From: Mobula hypostoma
Taxonomy: Eukaryota
DNA: 64,000 nucleotides
Direction of reading: 5' to 3'
Assembly (NCBI RefSeq): GCF_963921235.1
Contig: NC_086097.1
Location: 160,458,001-160,522,000, forward strand
A program made the translations under genes and the position numbers. The first letter of the stretch is position 1, and every line of letters starts with the position of its first letter. Below are positions 12,560 to 27,100 of this stretch, piece after piece. The notes under the pieces are model-generated. The model did no database searches and was not told the DNA's origin. It saw only the letters and a list, made by a program, of their open reading frames with translations.

Positions 12560-14310
12560 CTACCTCTGACACGCTGGCAAATGAATGCATGGCTGAAGAA
12601 ATGGTGCAGAGGGCAGGGTTTCAGATTTCTGGATCATTAGGATCTTTTCTGGGGAAGGTACTGCAAGGGTAAAAATACCTTGATGAGAGTTGTATACAGG
12701 TTTAGGGATTCAAATTCCAATGGGAGATAAGAAAAGCACGTAAACAGGGCAATATCACATAAGTCATTGGGGATTTCTATATACAGGTAGGTTGGAAAAA
12801 TCAGGTTGGTGCTGGATCTCAGAGAGGGAATTTGTAGAATGTCTACATGATGGCTTTTTAAAACATATTGTAGTTGAGCCCACTAAGGGAAAGACCATTT
12901 TGGATTGGGTGTTGTGTACTGAACTGAATTTGATTAGGGAGCTTAAGGTAAGGGAACCCTTAGGATGCAGTGATCATAATATGATAGAATTTGAGACAGA
13001 GAAGGTAAGAATCAGATGTATTAGTATTACAGTGGAGTAAATGGAATTACAGAGGCATGAGATTGGAGTTGGCCAAAGTTGATGTGAAGGACACTAGCAA
13101 GAATGATGGCATAACAGTTATGGCTGGAGTTTCTGGAGACAATTTGGAAGGCACAGGATATATATTCTAAAGATGAAATTTTCTGAAGGATGAGGCAACA
13201 ATGTCTGGCAAGGGAAGTCAATGACAGCATAAAAGTAAAGAAAAGGATATATAATATAGCAAAATTAGTGAGAAGTTAGAGGATTGGGAAGCTTTTAAAA
13301 GCCAACAGAAGGCAATTTAAAAAGCCATAAGGAGAGAAAAGACAAAATATGAAGGAAAGCTAGTCAATAATATATAAGAAGATGTCAAAAGCTTTTCAAA
13401 TACATAGAGTAAAAGAGAAGTGAGAGTAGCTATCAGACCACTGGAAAATGACACTGAAGAAGTAGTAATGGGGAACAAAGAAATGGTGGAGGAATTTAAG
13501 TATCTTGTGTTAGTCTTCACTCGGAAGGCGCTAGAAATTTGAGAGCTTTGGGGGGCAAAAGTCAGTGTGGTTGCTATTGCTAAGGAGAAGGTGCTTGGGA
13601 AACTCAAAGGTCTAAAGGTAGATAAGTCACCTGGACCAGATGGTGTACATCTGGTCTAGGTGACAAGTGGGGTTCCACAGGGGTCAGTGTGGGGACCATT
13701 TCTTTTTGCTTTATATGTGAATGATTTGGGTGATGGAATTGATGGCTTCGTGGCCAAGTTTCTGAGATACGAAGACAGGTGGAGGAGCAAGTAGTGTTGA
13801 GGAAGCAGGGTGTAATGTTGACGCTTTATAGGACATTGGTCAGACCAAGTTTGGAAGATTGTGAGCAGGTTAGGGCCCCTAATTTAAGAAAAGATATGCT
13901 GGCATTGGAGAGGGTCTAGGGGAAGTTCATGAGAATGAAGGGTTAATATTTGAGGAGCGTTTGATGACTCTGGGCCTAAACTCACTGGAGTTTAGAAGAA
14001 TGAGGGGGATCTCATTGAAACCTATCAAATGTTGAAAGGTCTGGATATAGTAGATGTACAGAGGATGTTTCCTGCAGTGGGTGAGTCTAGTGCAGAGCCT
14101 CAGAATAGAGGGACATCAATTTAGAATGGAGACGAGGAGGAATTTTTTTAGCCAGAGGGTGGAGAATCTTTGGAATTCATTGCCATAGATGGTTGTGGAG
14201 GCCAAGTCATTGGGTATAATTGAAGCAGAGGTTGATAGGTTCTTGATTAGTTAGGGCCTCAAAGGTTACAGGTAGAGGACAAGAGAACGGGTTTGAAAGG
14301 GATAATAAAT
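12560..14310 (+). mobile_element. CR1 LINE, decayed and internally deleted
   Basis: EN motifs (ILDWVL, LGCSDHNMIEF), RT SGVPQGSV, typical CR1 3' region. Confidence 0.8.
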
Positions 14311-14311
14311 C

Positions 14312-14500
14312 ATAGTAGCATAGGGTTAGCATGATGTTTTACATTACCAGTGACGCAGGTTTAATTCTCACTGCTGTCTGAAAGGAGTTTATATGTTCTC
14401 CACATGACCATGCGGATTTTCCCTGGGTGCTCCAGCATCCTCCCACATTCCAAAGACATACTGGTTAGTAGGTGGGGGTTAAATTGTGGTTGCTGGGAGT
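14312..14500 (+). mobile_element. V-domain SINE fragment, followed by Penelope and Rex1 3' scraps to ~14910
   Basis: GGAGTTT.ATGTTCTCC...CCCACATTCCAAAGAC core shared with the SINEs at 12170 and 62870. Confidence 0.6.
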
Positions 14501-17224
14501 ACAAGATAAAAGGTGGTAGGTGGGGGAGGAGGAATGAAGTAAGAAGCAGGCAAGTAATAAAAGGTAAAATGCTGGAGAAGAAGGAATCTGAAGAGAGGAG
14601 AGTAGGCCATGGGAGAAAGAAATGAGGAGGGGAGCCAGGGAGAGATGATAGGCAGGTGAGGAGAAACTCCACTGTTTTTATCTCTTGAACGGTCCTCTTG
14701 TACAATAGTAGATTCTTGTCCTCACAATCTACTTCATTATGATCTTGCACTGCACTTTTTCCAGTTACTTTTACATGTCTATTTTATTCAGCATTGCTAT
14801 TGTTTTACCTCATTCTTGCTCAATACCCTGTGTACTGTATAAACAGTACGCAAGACATACATTTCACTGTCTCTTGGTACATGTAACAATGATAAATGAA
14901 AAACAAAATAAATTTTGGGCCAAGCTTTGACAGATAAAAGAACTTCTAGATGATAATCAGAAACATCAGAGGTCCAAATATATCAACAAAAATTCTGGAA
15001 ATATTTTACTTGCCAATCTAAGCAGCATTTTTGGGAAGAGGAACAAAGTCAATAGGCTCAGTTATGCTTTATCCAACTTCTCTTCATATCCACAGACACC
15101 TCCGTACCCCCATCCCACTGCCTTCCTGTAGCTGCGCAGGAAGGGGAGGTTTCAGGCCTTATTTTGCTATTGCCTTGAGGTAGTAGCTATCCACTGCGAA
15201 GGCACTAGGCCTCATAAAGAAGATCCTGACTTCATTCCCAACTACCCCAATGGCTACTTGATATCTTAAACGCAGAGATTTTTTATAAAACTATTTCTAA
15301 AGGTGATGCATAATGCTAAGGGGTCTGGCACTTCAGAATGATCACGTTCTGAACCGGGGCTCAAGGTTCAGAGCTTGGAGTGGAAGACCTGATGTGCTGG
15401 TATCAATGAGAAGCCGTGCCCTGAACACTAATCCTGTTTGTTACTGCACAGCTGATGCCTGGCTTTGCTGAGTGTTTCCAGCAGTCTCCGCTTTTCAATC
15501 ACAGACTCTCGGTGCATATACTACTGTTTTTGGAGTCCCAAATATACTTGGGAATCATGTGTGTAAGCTACTGAAATATGGGGTTCTATAGCACAAGGAT
15601 TATGTTACAAGATTTGGAGGCATTGGTTTAAATCCTATAATTGTAGGTGGAAATTTTAAACTCCAGAATGAAAATGCAAGTATCACAAAGCCAGAAGAAT
15701 ATGGCAAAAGTCCAACTAACTCAGGCAAAGTAATCTGCGTCCTTATCTGACGTGGTCTGAAGCAAATGTTGTCTCTTAACTGGTCTCTATTCATGCTTAA
15801 TTTGGATTAGGGCAATAAGTATTGGCTCAGCACTTAATTTGAACAAGTGATTAAAAAGAAATCATGGACGTGGTGAAGCACTGCCCTTTTTATATGGTGG
15901 AGCAAAACATCAAGACAGTAAAGATCATGTTCCCAACACATTTAGACCATACCTGGAGTAACCAAATCAAACCTCTACCTCTACTTTAAGACGGATATAT
16001 TAGCCTTGAAATCCACAAAATACTTGAACTAGATCTGATAGCTCAACAGCAGGGTTTCTAGTACAAGTAGAAAGGAATAATTTTCTGGAACTCAGTAAAT
16101 CCCTTTGACTTATTGAGCACACATCATCCATTAACTGCCATTACTGTAAACCTTACATCAATCTCAACTTTTATACTTCACACATTCTCATCACTTCAAA
16201 TATAATAAAACCAGATAGAGTAGACAGAGAGATTAATTTTTTCCTTGGCCAAGAAATCTAGGGCTGATGATGGGTTCTAAAACAACAAGCCAGGCCTTCA
16301 AGGAGTGATGCAAGGATACACAGCCTCACACACAAATGGTGGAAGGAACTTGGCATTCTCTTTCAGAGATGGAAGTTAATCCTAGATGGATTGTTAACTG
16401 TAATTCAGACAGATAAGCATGTTTTTTTAACCATAGGTCTTAAGGAATATGGATCAAAAGCATATAACTGAATTGCAGGTCGGCCATGATACATTGAGTG
16501 GTGGAACAGGCATTGGACCTACTCCTGTTTCCAAGTTCTCAGAAACAGAACTGAGTGCTGCAGGGCTGAATTTAGTGGCAAACAAGTTCAATATCTATCA
16601 TTCACTAGTGTGGGAGGATGCATTAGGTGAGAGAAAATCCATCACTTACCCAATGGCAGGCAATAGAATTCCTAGCAACTCTTTTTATTCTTTCAGTTCC
16701 ACAAGGATCAGATGCATTTAGACAAATACATAAATTTATTTTCTTCTTACAGCTGTCTTCCAGCAAAAAGAACAAATAAAAATGTATACATCAACCTTCC
16801 ACATTAATTCTGATCTACTGACTTCTGTGTTGCTCTTCTTTATGGGATCTAAACATATGGTCAGGGTCATGAAATAGATTCTTTTGCTATGGCTAACATT
16901 GGAATTTGGATGGTTGTTCCAACACAACGACTTTGCTCATTACTGTACAACATCCTTTTTCTATTATAATGGACAGACCCGAAATTATTCAAAGAAGTAA
17001 TATGTACAGAACTGTTGCTTGAAAGAGAAAGGATTTAGAACTCATACAGCACACTAATACTCCATGGAATAAATTTTATAACTATTTCATTTAAGCTACG
17101 TCATGGAGCTATACAACATCAAAGCCATCAATTCCCCGGTCTATCTTTATCCTTCCCTAGTAGGGTTTCTTTCCATGAGCTTCATGCACAACCGTAAGAT
17201 CTACCAATGTACTCAATCCAATTA

Positions 17225-17877
17225 AAACATAGAAACATAGAAAAACCACAGCACAATACAGGCCCTTTGACCCACAATGCTGTGCCGAACATGTACTTAT
17301 TTTAGAAATTACCTAGGGTACCCATAGCCCTCTATTTTTCTAAGCTCCATGTACCTACCCATGAGTCTCTTAAAAGACCCTAACATATCTGCCTCCACCA
17401 CTGTCACCAGCAGCCCATTCCACACATTGTCTGAACCCCTAACTATAGATTCCCCTGTTACTGCTGCCTTCTTTCTTCCCCTACCCTTCTGAGCCACAGG
17501 GCCAGACTCTGTGCCAGAGGGACGGCCACTGTTGCTTCCCCCACCTCAACTGTACTTAAACAGGAGTACCTATTGTCAAAGGGTACAGCCACAGAGGTAC
17601 TCTCTAGCCTCTGACTCTTGCCCTTCCCTTTCCTGACTGTTACTGACTTATCTGTCTCCCAAGGCCCCGGTGTGACTACTTGCCTATAGCTCCTCTCTAT
17701 CATCACCTCCTCACTTTCCCTGACCAGACAAAGGTCATCAAGCTGCATCTCCAGTTCCTTAACCCAGTCCTTAAGGAGCTGCAGCTCGATGCACTTGGTG
17801 CAGATGTGGCCGTCCGGGAGGCTGGGAGTCTCCCGAACTTCACACACCTGACACCCAGTGCAGAACACCGGCCTCAA
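17225..17877 (-). mobile_element. CR1 internal-deletion derivative (ORF1 N-terminus fused to 3' tail)
   Basis: MRPVFCTGCQVCEVRETPSLPDGHICTKC matches ORF1 at 24330; joins at ~17426 to a 3' tail that matches 27850-28049. Confidence 0.8.
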
Positions 17878-17879
17878 GG

Positions 17880-20545
17880 TAAAGGAATTGTTGGGAATCA
17901 GTGATCTTAGGGATAGAATTCACCCTGCAGTTTGAGGAAAGATAAAAGTCAGATGTAGCACAAGTGGAGTAAAGGGAATTACAGAGGCAGGAGAGAGGAG
18001 TTGGCCAAAGTTTGTGGGAAAGGGGCTCCAGCAGGAATGGTGGCAGAACAGCAATGGCTGGAATTTCTGAGGACAACTTGGAAGGCGCGGGATAGATATA
18101 TCCCAAAGATGAAGGAGTACTCTAAATGGAGGCTGGAACAACCGTGGCTGACAAGGGAAGTCAAAGACAGCATAGAAGCAAAGGCCATACCAATATAGCA
18201 AAAACTAGAGGGGCATTAGAGGACTAGAAAGCCTTTAAAAACCAACAGAAGGCAACTAAAAAGCCATTAGGAAGGAAAAGATGAAATACAAAAGGAAGCT
18301 AGCCAATAATATAAAAGAGAAAACCAAAAGCTTCTTCAGATATATAAAGAGAAATGGTGAAGCAAGAGTAGATATCAGACCACTGGAAAATGACACTGGA
18401 GAGGTGGTAGTTACAGAAGAACTTAAGTATTTTGAGTCCGTCTTCACAGTAGAAATCACAAGCAATTTGCCAGATTTTCGAGAGTGTAAGGGGTCAGAAG
18501 TGATTGTAGTCACATAGTTGCTATCACTTGGGAGAGCATGTTTCAGGAGCTGAAAGGTCTTAAGGTACATAAGCACCCTGCACCAGTTGGACTACACCCC
18601 AGCGTTCTTAAACAGGTAGCTAAAGAGATTGTGGAGGCATTCGTAATAACCAACTATAGGCTAGTTAGCCTGACTTCAGTGGTAGGGAAGATGTTGGAGT
18701 CCATTATTCTGGAGGAGGTTTTGCTGTATTTACAGACACATGATAAAGTAGGCCAAAGTCAGCATGGTTTTCTTAAGGAGAAATCTTGCCTAAATCTGTC
18801 GTAATTCTTTGAGAAAATACCATGCATGATAGACAGAGAAGAACCAGTGGATGTTGTTTACTTGGATTTTCAGACAGTGCTGACAAGGTGCTGACCACGA
18901 GGCTGCTTAATAAAATAACATTAGATTATATTAGATTAGATTAGATTAGATTCAATTTTATTGTCATTGTGCTGAGTACAGATACAAAGCCAATGAAATG
19001 CATTTAGCATCTGACTAGAAATGCAAAGAATAGTGTTATTTACAAAATAATTGCGAATAAAAAAAGTGCTACAGCACACAAATATAAAAGTACTGACACA
19101 GTACAATATGGGTGCAATACTGCTTAGCGCTGTGATGAGAGGTTCAGCAGTGTCACAGCCTCAGGGAAGAAGCTCTTCCTGTGCCTGCTGGTACAGGAGC
19201 GGAGGCTCCTGTAGCACCTACTGGATGGGAGGAGAGTAAAAAGTCCATGGCTAGGGTGAGATGCATCCCTGATAATGCTTTTCACCCTGCCCAGGCAGAG
19301 TTTATGGTAGATGTTCTCAATGGTGGGTAATTGGGTGCTGATAATCTGCTGGGCAGTTTTCACCACACGCTGGAGTGCTTTGCGGTCTGATACGGGACAA
19401 TTGCCATATCACACTGAGATGCAGTTGATGAGTATGCTGTCAATGGTACAGCAGTAAAAGTCTGGTAACATGTTATTACAGGTAAAATTGACTGACTGGC
19501 AGGCAGGTTGCAGAGAGTGGGAATAAGAGGGTCTTTTCTGATTGGCTGTTGGTGACCTGTGCTGTTCCACCGAGGTTGGTGTTGGGACCGCTTCTTTTCA
19601 CAGTTATATGTCAATAATTTGGATGATGGAATATTTTGGCTTTGTGGCCAGGTTTGCAGTCAATACTAAGATGGAGGGGCAGCCAGTGTTTCAGAAGCAG
19701 GGAGTCTGCAGGAGTCTTAAACAAAAATTGGAGAATGGGCAAAGAAGTGGCAGATGGAATATAGTGTAGGGAATTGAATGGTCATACACTTTCAAGGAAT
19801 AAAGGCAGAGTCTATTTTCTAAAAGGGGAGAAAATACAAAAGTCAAAAGTGCAAAGGGACTTGGGAATCCTTGTGTAGGATTCTCTACAGGTTAACTTGC
19901 AGGTTGAGTCAGTGTAAGGAAGGCAAATATAAAGTTAGCATTTATTTTGAGAGGACTAGAATATAAGAGCAAAGATGTGATGCTGAGGCTTTATTGGTCA
20001 TTGGTTAGACTACACAGAGTATTGTAACCAGTTTTGGCCACTTATCTAAGATAACATATGCTGGCATTGGTGAGTGTCCAGAACAGGTTCACAAGAATGA
20101 TTCCGGGAACAATATTATGTTTTATGGCTATGGGCCTGTACTCACTGGAGTTTAGAAGAATAAGGGGGGATCTCATTGAAATCTATTGAATATTGAAAGG
20201 TCTAGACAGGAAAGGATTTGAACAAGAAATCTCCAATGGTGGGTCAACTACGACCAGAGGACACAGCCTCAGAATAGAGGGATATACATTTATAACAGAG
20301 ATGAGGAAATTTCTTTGGCCAGATGCTGGTGCACTTGAGAAATTCCCTGCATCAGATGGCTCTGGAGGCCATATTATTGAGTATATTTAAAGTGGGTTGA
20401 TATGTACTTGATTAATCAAGGTGTAAAAGATTAAAAGGAGACTGTAAGAGAGTGGGGTTGAGAAAGATAATAAATCAGTCATGATGGAATAGTGGAGCAG
20501 ACTCAATGGGCCAAGTGGCCTAATTTTACCCCAATGTCTTATGGC
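17880..20545 (+). mobile_element. CR1 LINE ORF2 relic, interrupted by Rex1 at 18921-19462
   Basis: PWLTREVK, NYRLVSLTSVVGKMLE, QSQHGF and a CR1 3' end. Confidence 0.8.
18921..19462 (-). mobile_element. Rex1/Babar 3' fragment
   Basis: SIIRDASHPSHGLFTLLPSSRCYRSL; (TCTAA)n tail. Confidence 0.8.
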
Positions 20546-22299
20546 CTTTTGTTTGGCTTTTTTTTAACAGATGCTGCTGGACCTGCTGAGATTTTCCATG
20601 ATTATCTGATTTTTGTGTCTTGTAATGATAGGATTAGCTTAAATGTAGAGGGAGATTTGGGTTGAATGACCTGACTTCTGTACAGCAACTCTATGACAAA
20701 CCAGAAAATATAACTGTGTTACTGAATAACTTGGATATGAAAAAAACTCATGGATTTTGTGAAACTCAAGTACCCATTTTCAGATATGGCAGTGTCAATT
20801 ATTTTCCTTAAGATTTTCCCCATTTGTTTTCTGAAAATAGTAATTCATGAAGGAAATTATGTTCTACTGGTGCACAATCCTCTTCAGAATTTGTTTCAGT
20901 TTGAATATGGAAAATGAGAATGTTTGGATATGGCGGGGGCGGGGGACGACCCTATAATCCAACCAAATGGTTCAGCTTTAGTGTTACAAAATATAGGTTG
21001 TAACAAGGGCTTTCTGGTTGTGTATGTATCAGTACTATGCCACAGAAGCAATGACACTTGTGATGCTAGTATTTTGAATTAGTAATGAGCTTCCAAACGG
21101 CTATTATTGTTACAATCTAGTTAATTGTTTTAGGTCACAATCTTTTAGAAATATCCATATTTTTACTTATTAAAGTTTATAATTCATTTCACATCACCTC
21201 ATAAACATCAATATTAGAACATTTAATCTTTCTGCTTTGCATGAATTAGTGTTAATTACACAATGACAAACACCTTCACATCATCTCTAGGATTAAGTGT
21301 ATCTGATATCATATAGGTAATATCTTGGATATAACATGCAATTTCAGTTGTGAAAACAATCAAGCAAGGCAGTCCGATCAAAAGTAAATTGGAGAAGCAT
21401 TTGAATGAAAATAAACTTTGTGCATGTAGGACGAATGTGCATGAAGATGGGGTTGATAAATTAGCTCCAAGAGATGGCATATATATGATGGGGTGGATAG
21501 TCTGCTTTCATCCTGTAACAATTTTATGCTCAAAGTCAAAATTGTTAGTATTTGAAAATACTCTTCCACTTCTGCTACCTTATGCTGATATCCAGTAGTT
21601 CCTGGCCAAACATTATTGGGATTCGATCCAGACAAAATGTCCATATATCAAAATTCAAACTGTAAGCTCAGCTGGACACATCCTATTATACATAGCAGTA
21701 AGCTTCATTTCACCTCACAGCCAAAACAATTGCAATTTTACTGCCAATATGTACCACCTGATGGACAGTTGTAGGCTCTAATCCAAAGAGACTGCATTAG
21801 GATTTGGATAACTGAGAGACATCACCATTCTTTCCCAACCCATAAAAATATTCTTTGAAATGCTTTCATTTTCATCCCACTCATAAAACAAAAGTGTACA
21901 ATTTTGTGAAGTGGTGATGTCATTCTATATTTGGCAATCCAGATTGTACATACAATGGAATCTTCTTGGGAGACACTCACATGTGAGATTTTAGCATATC
22001 ACATCTCCTGGTCACAGACCAAGCAACTTGATACCATGGAGGAACAGCAAAGGAAAGGGTGGGGAAGAAAAGGAAATTTGATAAGAGAATGATTAATTAA
22101 TTTATTCCTGCTAGACCCCATCTCTCCTGTTAGTTCAAACCACAGCCATGTTTGTGTAAGTGACCCACCCAACAATTTAATATTTTATTGCTCTTGTAAT
22201 ACAAGGCACACAGCCAAAAGAAGAAAGTAAGTTTCATTACTATCTTGAAGCATTTTCCCATATAATCATAAGAGCCACAACATCTACTTCCTCCCCTCT

Positions 22300-23660
22300 C
22301 TCCAGGAACTCACACAACCTTTCCTCTGGATGCATTGCAGTTTTCCTGACACAAGATTGCCAGCCAATCTTCCACCCGTCCAACAGAAATCACCTGCCAC
22401 TTATTTAAACCCAGCTCTCATCCACAGCTTTTGTTCACTCGTCGAACAAGCCAGCCTGAACCAATTGCTCCAAGCCTTCAGTTAACTTGTGCCTGTCATG
22501 TTTAATACCTGTTCTCTCATGTTTCATACCACACATAACTCATTATTTTGCAGTTTATTGTTGAAGTCCACTAAATCATCTATGCTGCCCTGCTTTTAGG
22601 TCAGACTACAAGCTACAGTCCTCTACAATTGCTGACAGAATGAGTGAACTAATGATTGACCCAGCAGAGTTTTCTTACCTAAAGGAACTTGTCTGTTGAG
22701 CTGAGCACACGATACAAAAGCAGCAAGAAGCCATTAACCTTCTACTTGCCACTCTCAACAATTCCACTTTGATACAGCAACCTCACACCAGTCAGTCTCC
22801 TCCCTTGGAGTCCCCGATTCTGGTACCCGAAGTTATCAATGGATGCCCAGTCCGAAGCTGCAAATACCTGTCCCAGTGCATCTTGCAATTCAAGCTCCAG
22901 CCATCTCAATTTTACGGACTGAACTAAGAGTGACGTTGTCATCTCTCTTGACTAGGCAAGCTCTGCCCTAGACAACTAAAACTCCTTTTGGAACAGATAC
23001 TGTAGGAGGGTTTCACCATTGGAAATGGGCTGGGTTTCTGACCATCCGGGAAGTGGAAAGGAAGCAGCAGATCAGTTACTTCACCTGCTTCAAGACTCAT
23101 GCTCTGCTCAATCACACTGTGGAATTCAGGATCCTTGCAGTGAAATGTAGCTGGAATGCAGATGTGCTGCTGGCTCATTACCATCATGGCCTCTTGGAGT
23201 ACTTGAAGGATGAGCTACCTACCTGGGAGATACCTGCCAACCTGGAAATCTTCAGCGATTTCTCTCCAGATTGCTAAGCAGAAACACTTTGGGCTGGAGG
23301 ACCTTCCTTAGTGACACCTCCAGACACGGGCAGATTAGGGAGAGCTCCCTGAACACCTCAAGAGAAAAAACTTGTGCACCTATTGCAGAGCAACTGACCA
23401 CAAACACATCAAAAGCCCACTGAATCTGGGAAATGGCACCACCAGGTAAAGCTGAAGGTCTTCGATCTGATAAACTCTCACAGGCCCTTCATTCCAGGAC
23501 CATAGACTGACTCAACTCTATTCTCCTGCACAGCCTGACAGCTCTAGCCACACAGGAGGCACAGGTAGATTCTGGTGCCGCAGGCAGTTTTCTGGACCGG
23601 ATTCAGCTTGGACTTCCTACCAAGTCTATCTCTTACCCTTTCTGCATCACGGCCATGGAC
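22300..23660 (+). mobile_element. Sushi-like Gypsy LTR retrotransposon relic (5' LTR, gag, protease start)
   Basis: LTR with TATTTAAA ending TGACA at 22637; gag EFRILAVKCSWNADVLLAHYHHGL..LKDEL; CxxC knuckle relic; VDSGA protease motif near 23566. LTR start is approximate. Confidence 0.75.
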
Positions 23661-23669
23661 AGATGTCCC

Positions 23670-24105
23670 TTTAGCCATGCTGCTGTGTGAAAAAGGTATT
23701 AGCTATCCCCTCTATCTATGCCTCTTATCATCTTTTTCATCTCTATCAAGTTACCTCTCATCTTCTTTCATTCCAAAGGGCAAAACCCTATCTTGCTCAA
23801 CTTTTCCTCATAAGATGCATACTCTAATCCAGGCAGCATGCTGGTAAATCTCCACTGCATCCTTCCTAAAGCTTCCACAGCTTCCCTATAGTGAGGGAAC
23901 CAGAACTGCCACAATACTCCACGTGTGCTCTAACCTGTTTTATAGACCTGCAACATTACCTCGCAAGCCTTGAACTCAGTCCCTTGGCTAACCCAGGCCA
24001 GAACACCATAAGCCTGCTAAAACATCCTTTCAACGTGCTTGTCAACTTTGAGGGATCTATGACTTGGACCCTAATGTCCCCCTGTTCCTCCACACTGCTA
24101 AGAAT
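23670..24105 (-). mobile_element. CR1 3' RT fragment
   Basis: ILSSVEEQGDIRVQV...; CR1 C-terminal region. Confidence 0.65.
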
Positions 24106-24109
24106 TGTA

Positions 24110-27100
24110 CATGGCTTATCAGTGGCTATAACTGGAGCACCAATCGCGAGATAGCTAGCAGGCAAAGTACAGGCATAAAAGTAAGACACTGCCTAGCAGA
24201 GCAGTCATCAAAGAAGCGGTCATTGACGGAGTGATCAGAGGCAGAGTGGAAGGGCTTTGGTTCATCCGAGCTTTGGCGATAACGGGTCGAGGTGAGGTAA
24301 GTTACCTGTGAGGAATAGAAACAGGAAGTATGTCTGTGAGGCCGGTATTCTGTAATGGGTGTCAGATGTGGGAAGTCCGGGAGACTCCCAGCCTCCCGGA
24401 TGGCCACATCCATGCCAGGTGCGTCGAGCTGCAGCTCCTTAGGGGCTGAATTACGGAATGGGAGATGCAGCTCGATGACCTTTGTCTGGTCAGGGGAAGT
24501 GAGGAAGTGATGATAGAGAGGAGCTATAGGCAAGTAGTCACATCAAGGTGCCTCGGGAGACAGATAAGTGGGTAACAGTCAGGAGAGGGAAGGGCAGGAG
24601 TCAGATACTAGGGAGTACTCCTGTGGATGTCCCCCTTAACAATAAGTACTCCTGCTTGAGTACTGTTGGGGGGGGAAACGGCCTACCTGGGGGAAGCAAC
24701 AGTGGCCGCATCTCTGGCACAGAGTCTGGGCCTGTGGCTCAGAAGGGTAGGGAAAAGAAGGTGGCAGCAGGAATAGGGGACTCTATAATTAGGGGGTCAG
24801 ACAGGTGATTCTGTAGATGCAGGAAAGAAACACAGATGGTAGTTTAACTCCCAGATGCCAGGGTCCAGGATGTTTCTGATCGTGTACACAATATCCTGAA
24901 GTGGGAAGGTGAACAGCCAGAGGTCATGGTACATATTGGTATCAATGACATAGGTAGGAAAAGGGAGGAGATCCTGAAAACTAGACTACAGAGAGTGAGG
25001 AAGCAAGTTGAGAAGCAGGACCTCAAAGGTAGTTATCTCTGGATTACTGCCTGTGCCACGTGTCAGTGAGTATAGGAAAAGAATGAGGTGGAGGATAAAT
25101 GTATGACTGAGGGATTGGAGCAGTGGGCAAGGATTCAGAATTCTGGATCACTGAGACCTTTTTGGGACAGGCATGACCTGTACAAAAAGGACAGGTTGCA
25201 CTTGAATCCCCGGGGAACCAATATCCTGGTGGGGAGGTTTGCTAAGGCTATTGGGGAGAGTTTAAACTAGGATTGCTGGGGGAGGAGGTGGGAACCGAAC
25301 TGAAGAGACTGGGGAAGAGGCTGTTGGCTCACCAATAGAGAAAGCTTGGAGACAGTGTGAGAGGGAGGATAGGCAGGTGATAAAGGGATACGCTCAGACT
25401 GATGGTTTGAGGTGTGTCTATTTTAATGCAAGAAGTATTATGAACAAAGTGGACGAGCTTAGAGTGTGGATCAGTACTTGGAGCTATGATGTTGTGGCCA
25501 TTACAGAGACATGGATGGCTCAGGGGCAGGAATGGTTACTTTGAGTGCCAGGCTTTAGATGTTTCAGAAAGGACAGGAAGGGGGGCAAAAGCGGTGGACC
25601 ATGGCACTGCTGATCAGAGATAGTGTCAGGGCTGCAGAAAAGGAGGAAGTCTTGGAGGGATTGTGTACTGAGTCTCTATGGGTGGCATTTAGGAACAGCA
25701 ATGGGTCAATAACTCTACTGGGTGTTTTTTTATAGACCACCCAATAGGAACAGGGATAATAGTAACAGAGGAATTCTGGAAAGGTGTAATAATAACAGGG
25801 TTGTCCCAAATATTGATTGGCATCTCCTTAGAGCAAGGGGTTTAGATGGGGTGGAGTTTGTTAGGTGTGCTTAGGAAGGTTTCCTAACATAATATGTAGA
25901 TAAGCCTACAAGAGGAGAGGCTGTACTTGATCTCGTATTGGGAAATGAACCTGGTCAGGTGTCACATCTCTCAGTGGGAGAGCACTTGGAGATAGTGATC
26001 ACAATTCTATCTCCTTTACCACAGCGTTGGAGAAGGATAGGAACAGACAAGTTTGGAAAGCGTTTAATTGGAGTAAAGGGAAATTTGAAGCTATCAGGCA
26101 GGAACTTGGAAGCATAAATTGGAAACAGATGTTCTCAGAGAAATGTACGGCAGAAATGTGGCAAATGTTCAGGGGATATTTGCATGGCATTCTGCATAGG
26201 CACGTTCCAATGAGACAGGGAAAGGATGGTAGGGTACAGGAACTGTAGTGTACAAAGGCTGTTGAAAATCTAGTCAAGAAGAAAAGAAAAGCTTACAATA
26301 AGTTCAAAAAAACTAGGTAGTGATGGAGATCTAGACTATAAGGCTAGCAGGAAGGAGTTTAAGAATGAAATTAGGAGAACCAAAAGGGGTCATGAGAAGG
26401 CCTTGGTGAGCAGATTAAAAAAGCCCCAAAGCATTCTACAGGTATGTGAAGAGCAAGAGGATAAGATCCGAGAGAATAGGACCAATGAATTGTGTCACTG
26501 GAAAAGTTTGTATGGAACTGGAGAAGATAGCTGAGATTCTGAATGAATACTTCACTTCAATATTCACTATGGAAAAGGGTCTTGGCAATTGTAGGGATGA
26601 CGTGCAGTGGATTGAAATGCTTGAGCATATAGACATAAAGACAGAGGATGTGCTGGAGCTTTTGGAAAGCATCAAGTTGGATAAGTCTCTGGGACTGAAC
26701 AAGACGTACCCAGACCACTGTGGGAGGCAAGGGAGGAGGTTATAGGCCAGTGAGTCTTAGTTCAGTGGCTGGCAAGTTGATGGAAAAGATACTGAGAGTC
26801 AGGATTTATGAACATCAGGAGAGGTATAATATGATTAGGAATAGTCAGCATGGCTTTGTCAAAGGCAGGTTGTGCCTTACGAGCTTGATTGTATTTTTTG
26901 AGGATGTGACTAAACACCTTGATGAAGGTAGAGCAGTAGATGTAGTGTATATGAATTTCAGCAAGGTATTTGATTAGGTACCCTTTGCAAGGCTTATTCA
27001 GAAAGTAAGGAGACACAGGTCACATACTGCATGGAGGTCAATGACCAGTGGTGTGCCTCAGGGATCTCTTCTGGGACCCGTTCTTTTCATGATTTTTATA

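Noticed and set aside
16735..16880. Strong polypyrimidine/AG acceptor followed by a 40-codon frame
   Set aside because: No good donor and no recognisable protein; expected by chance in AT-rich DNA.
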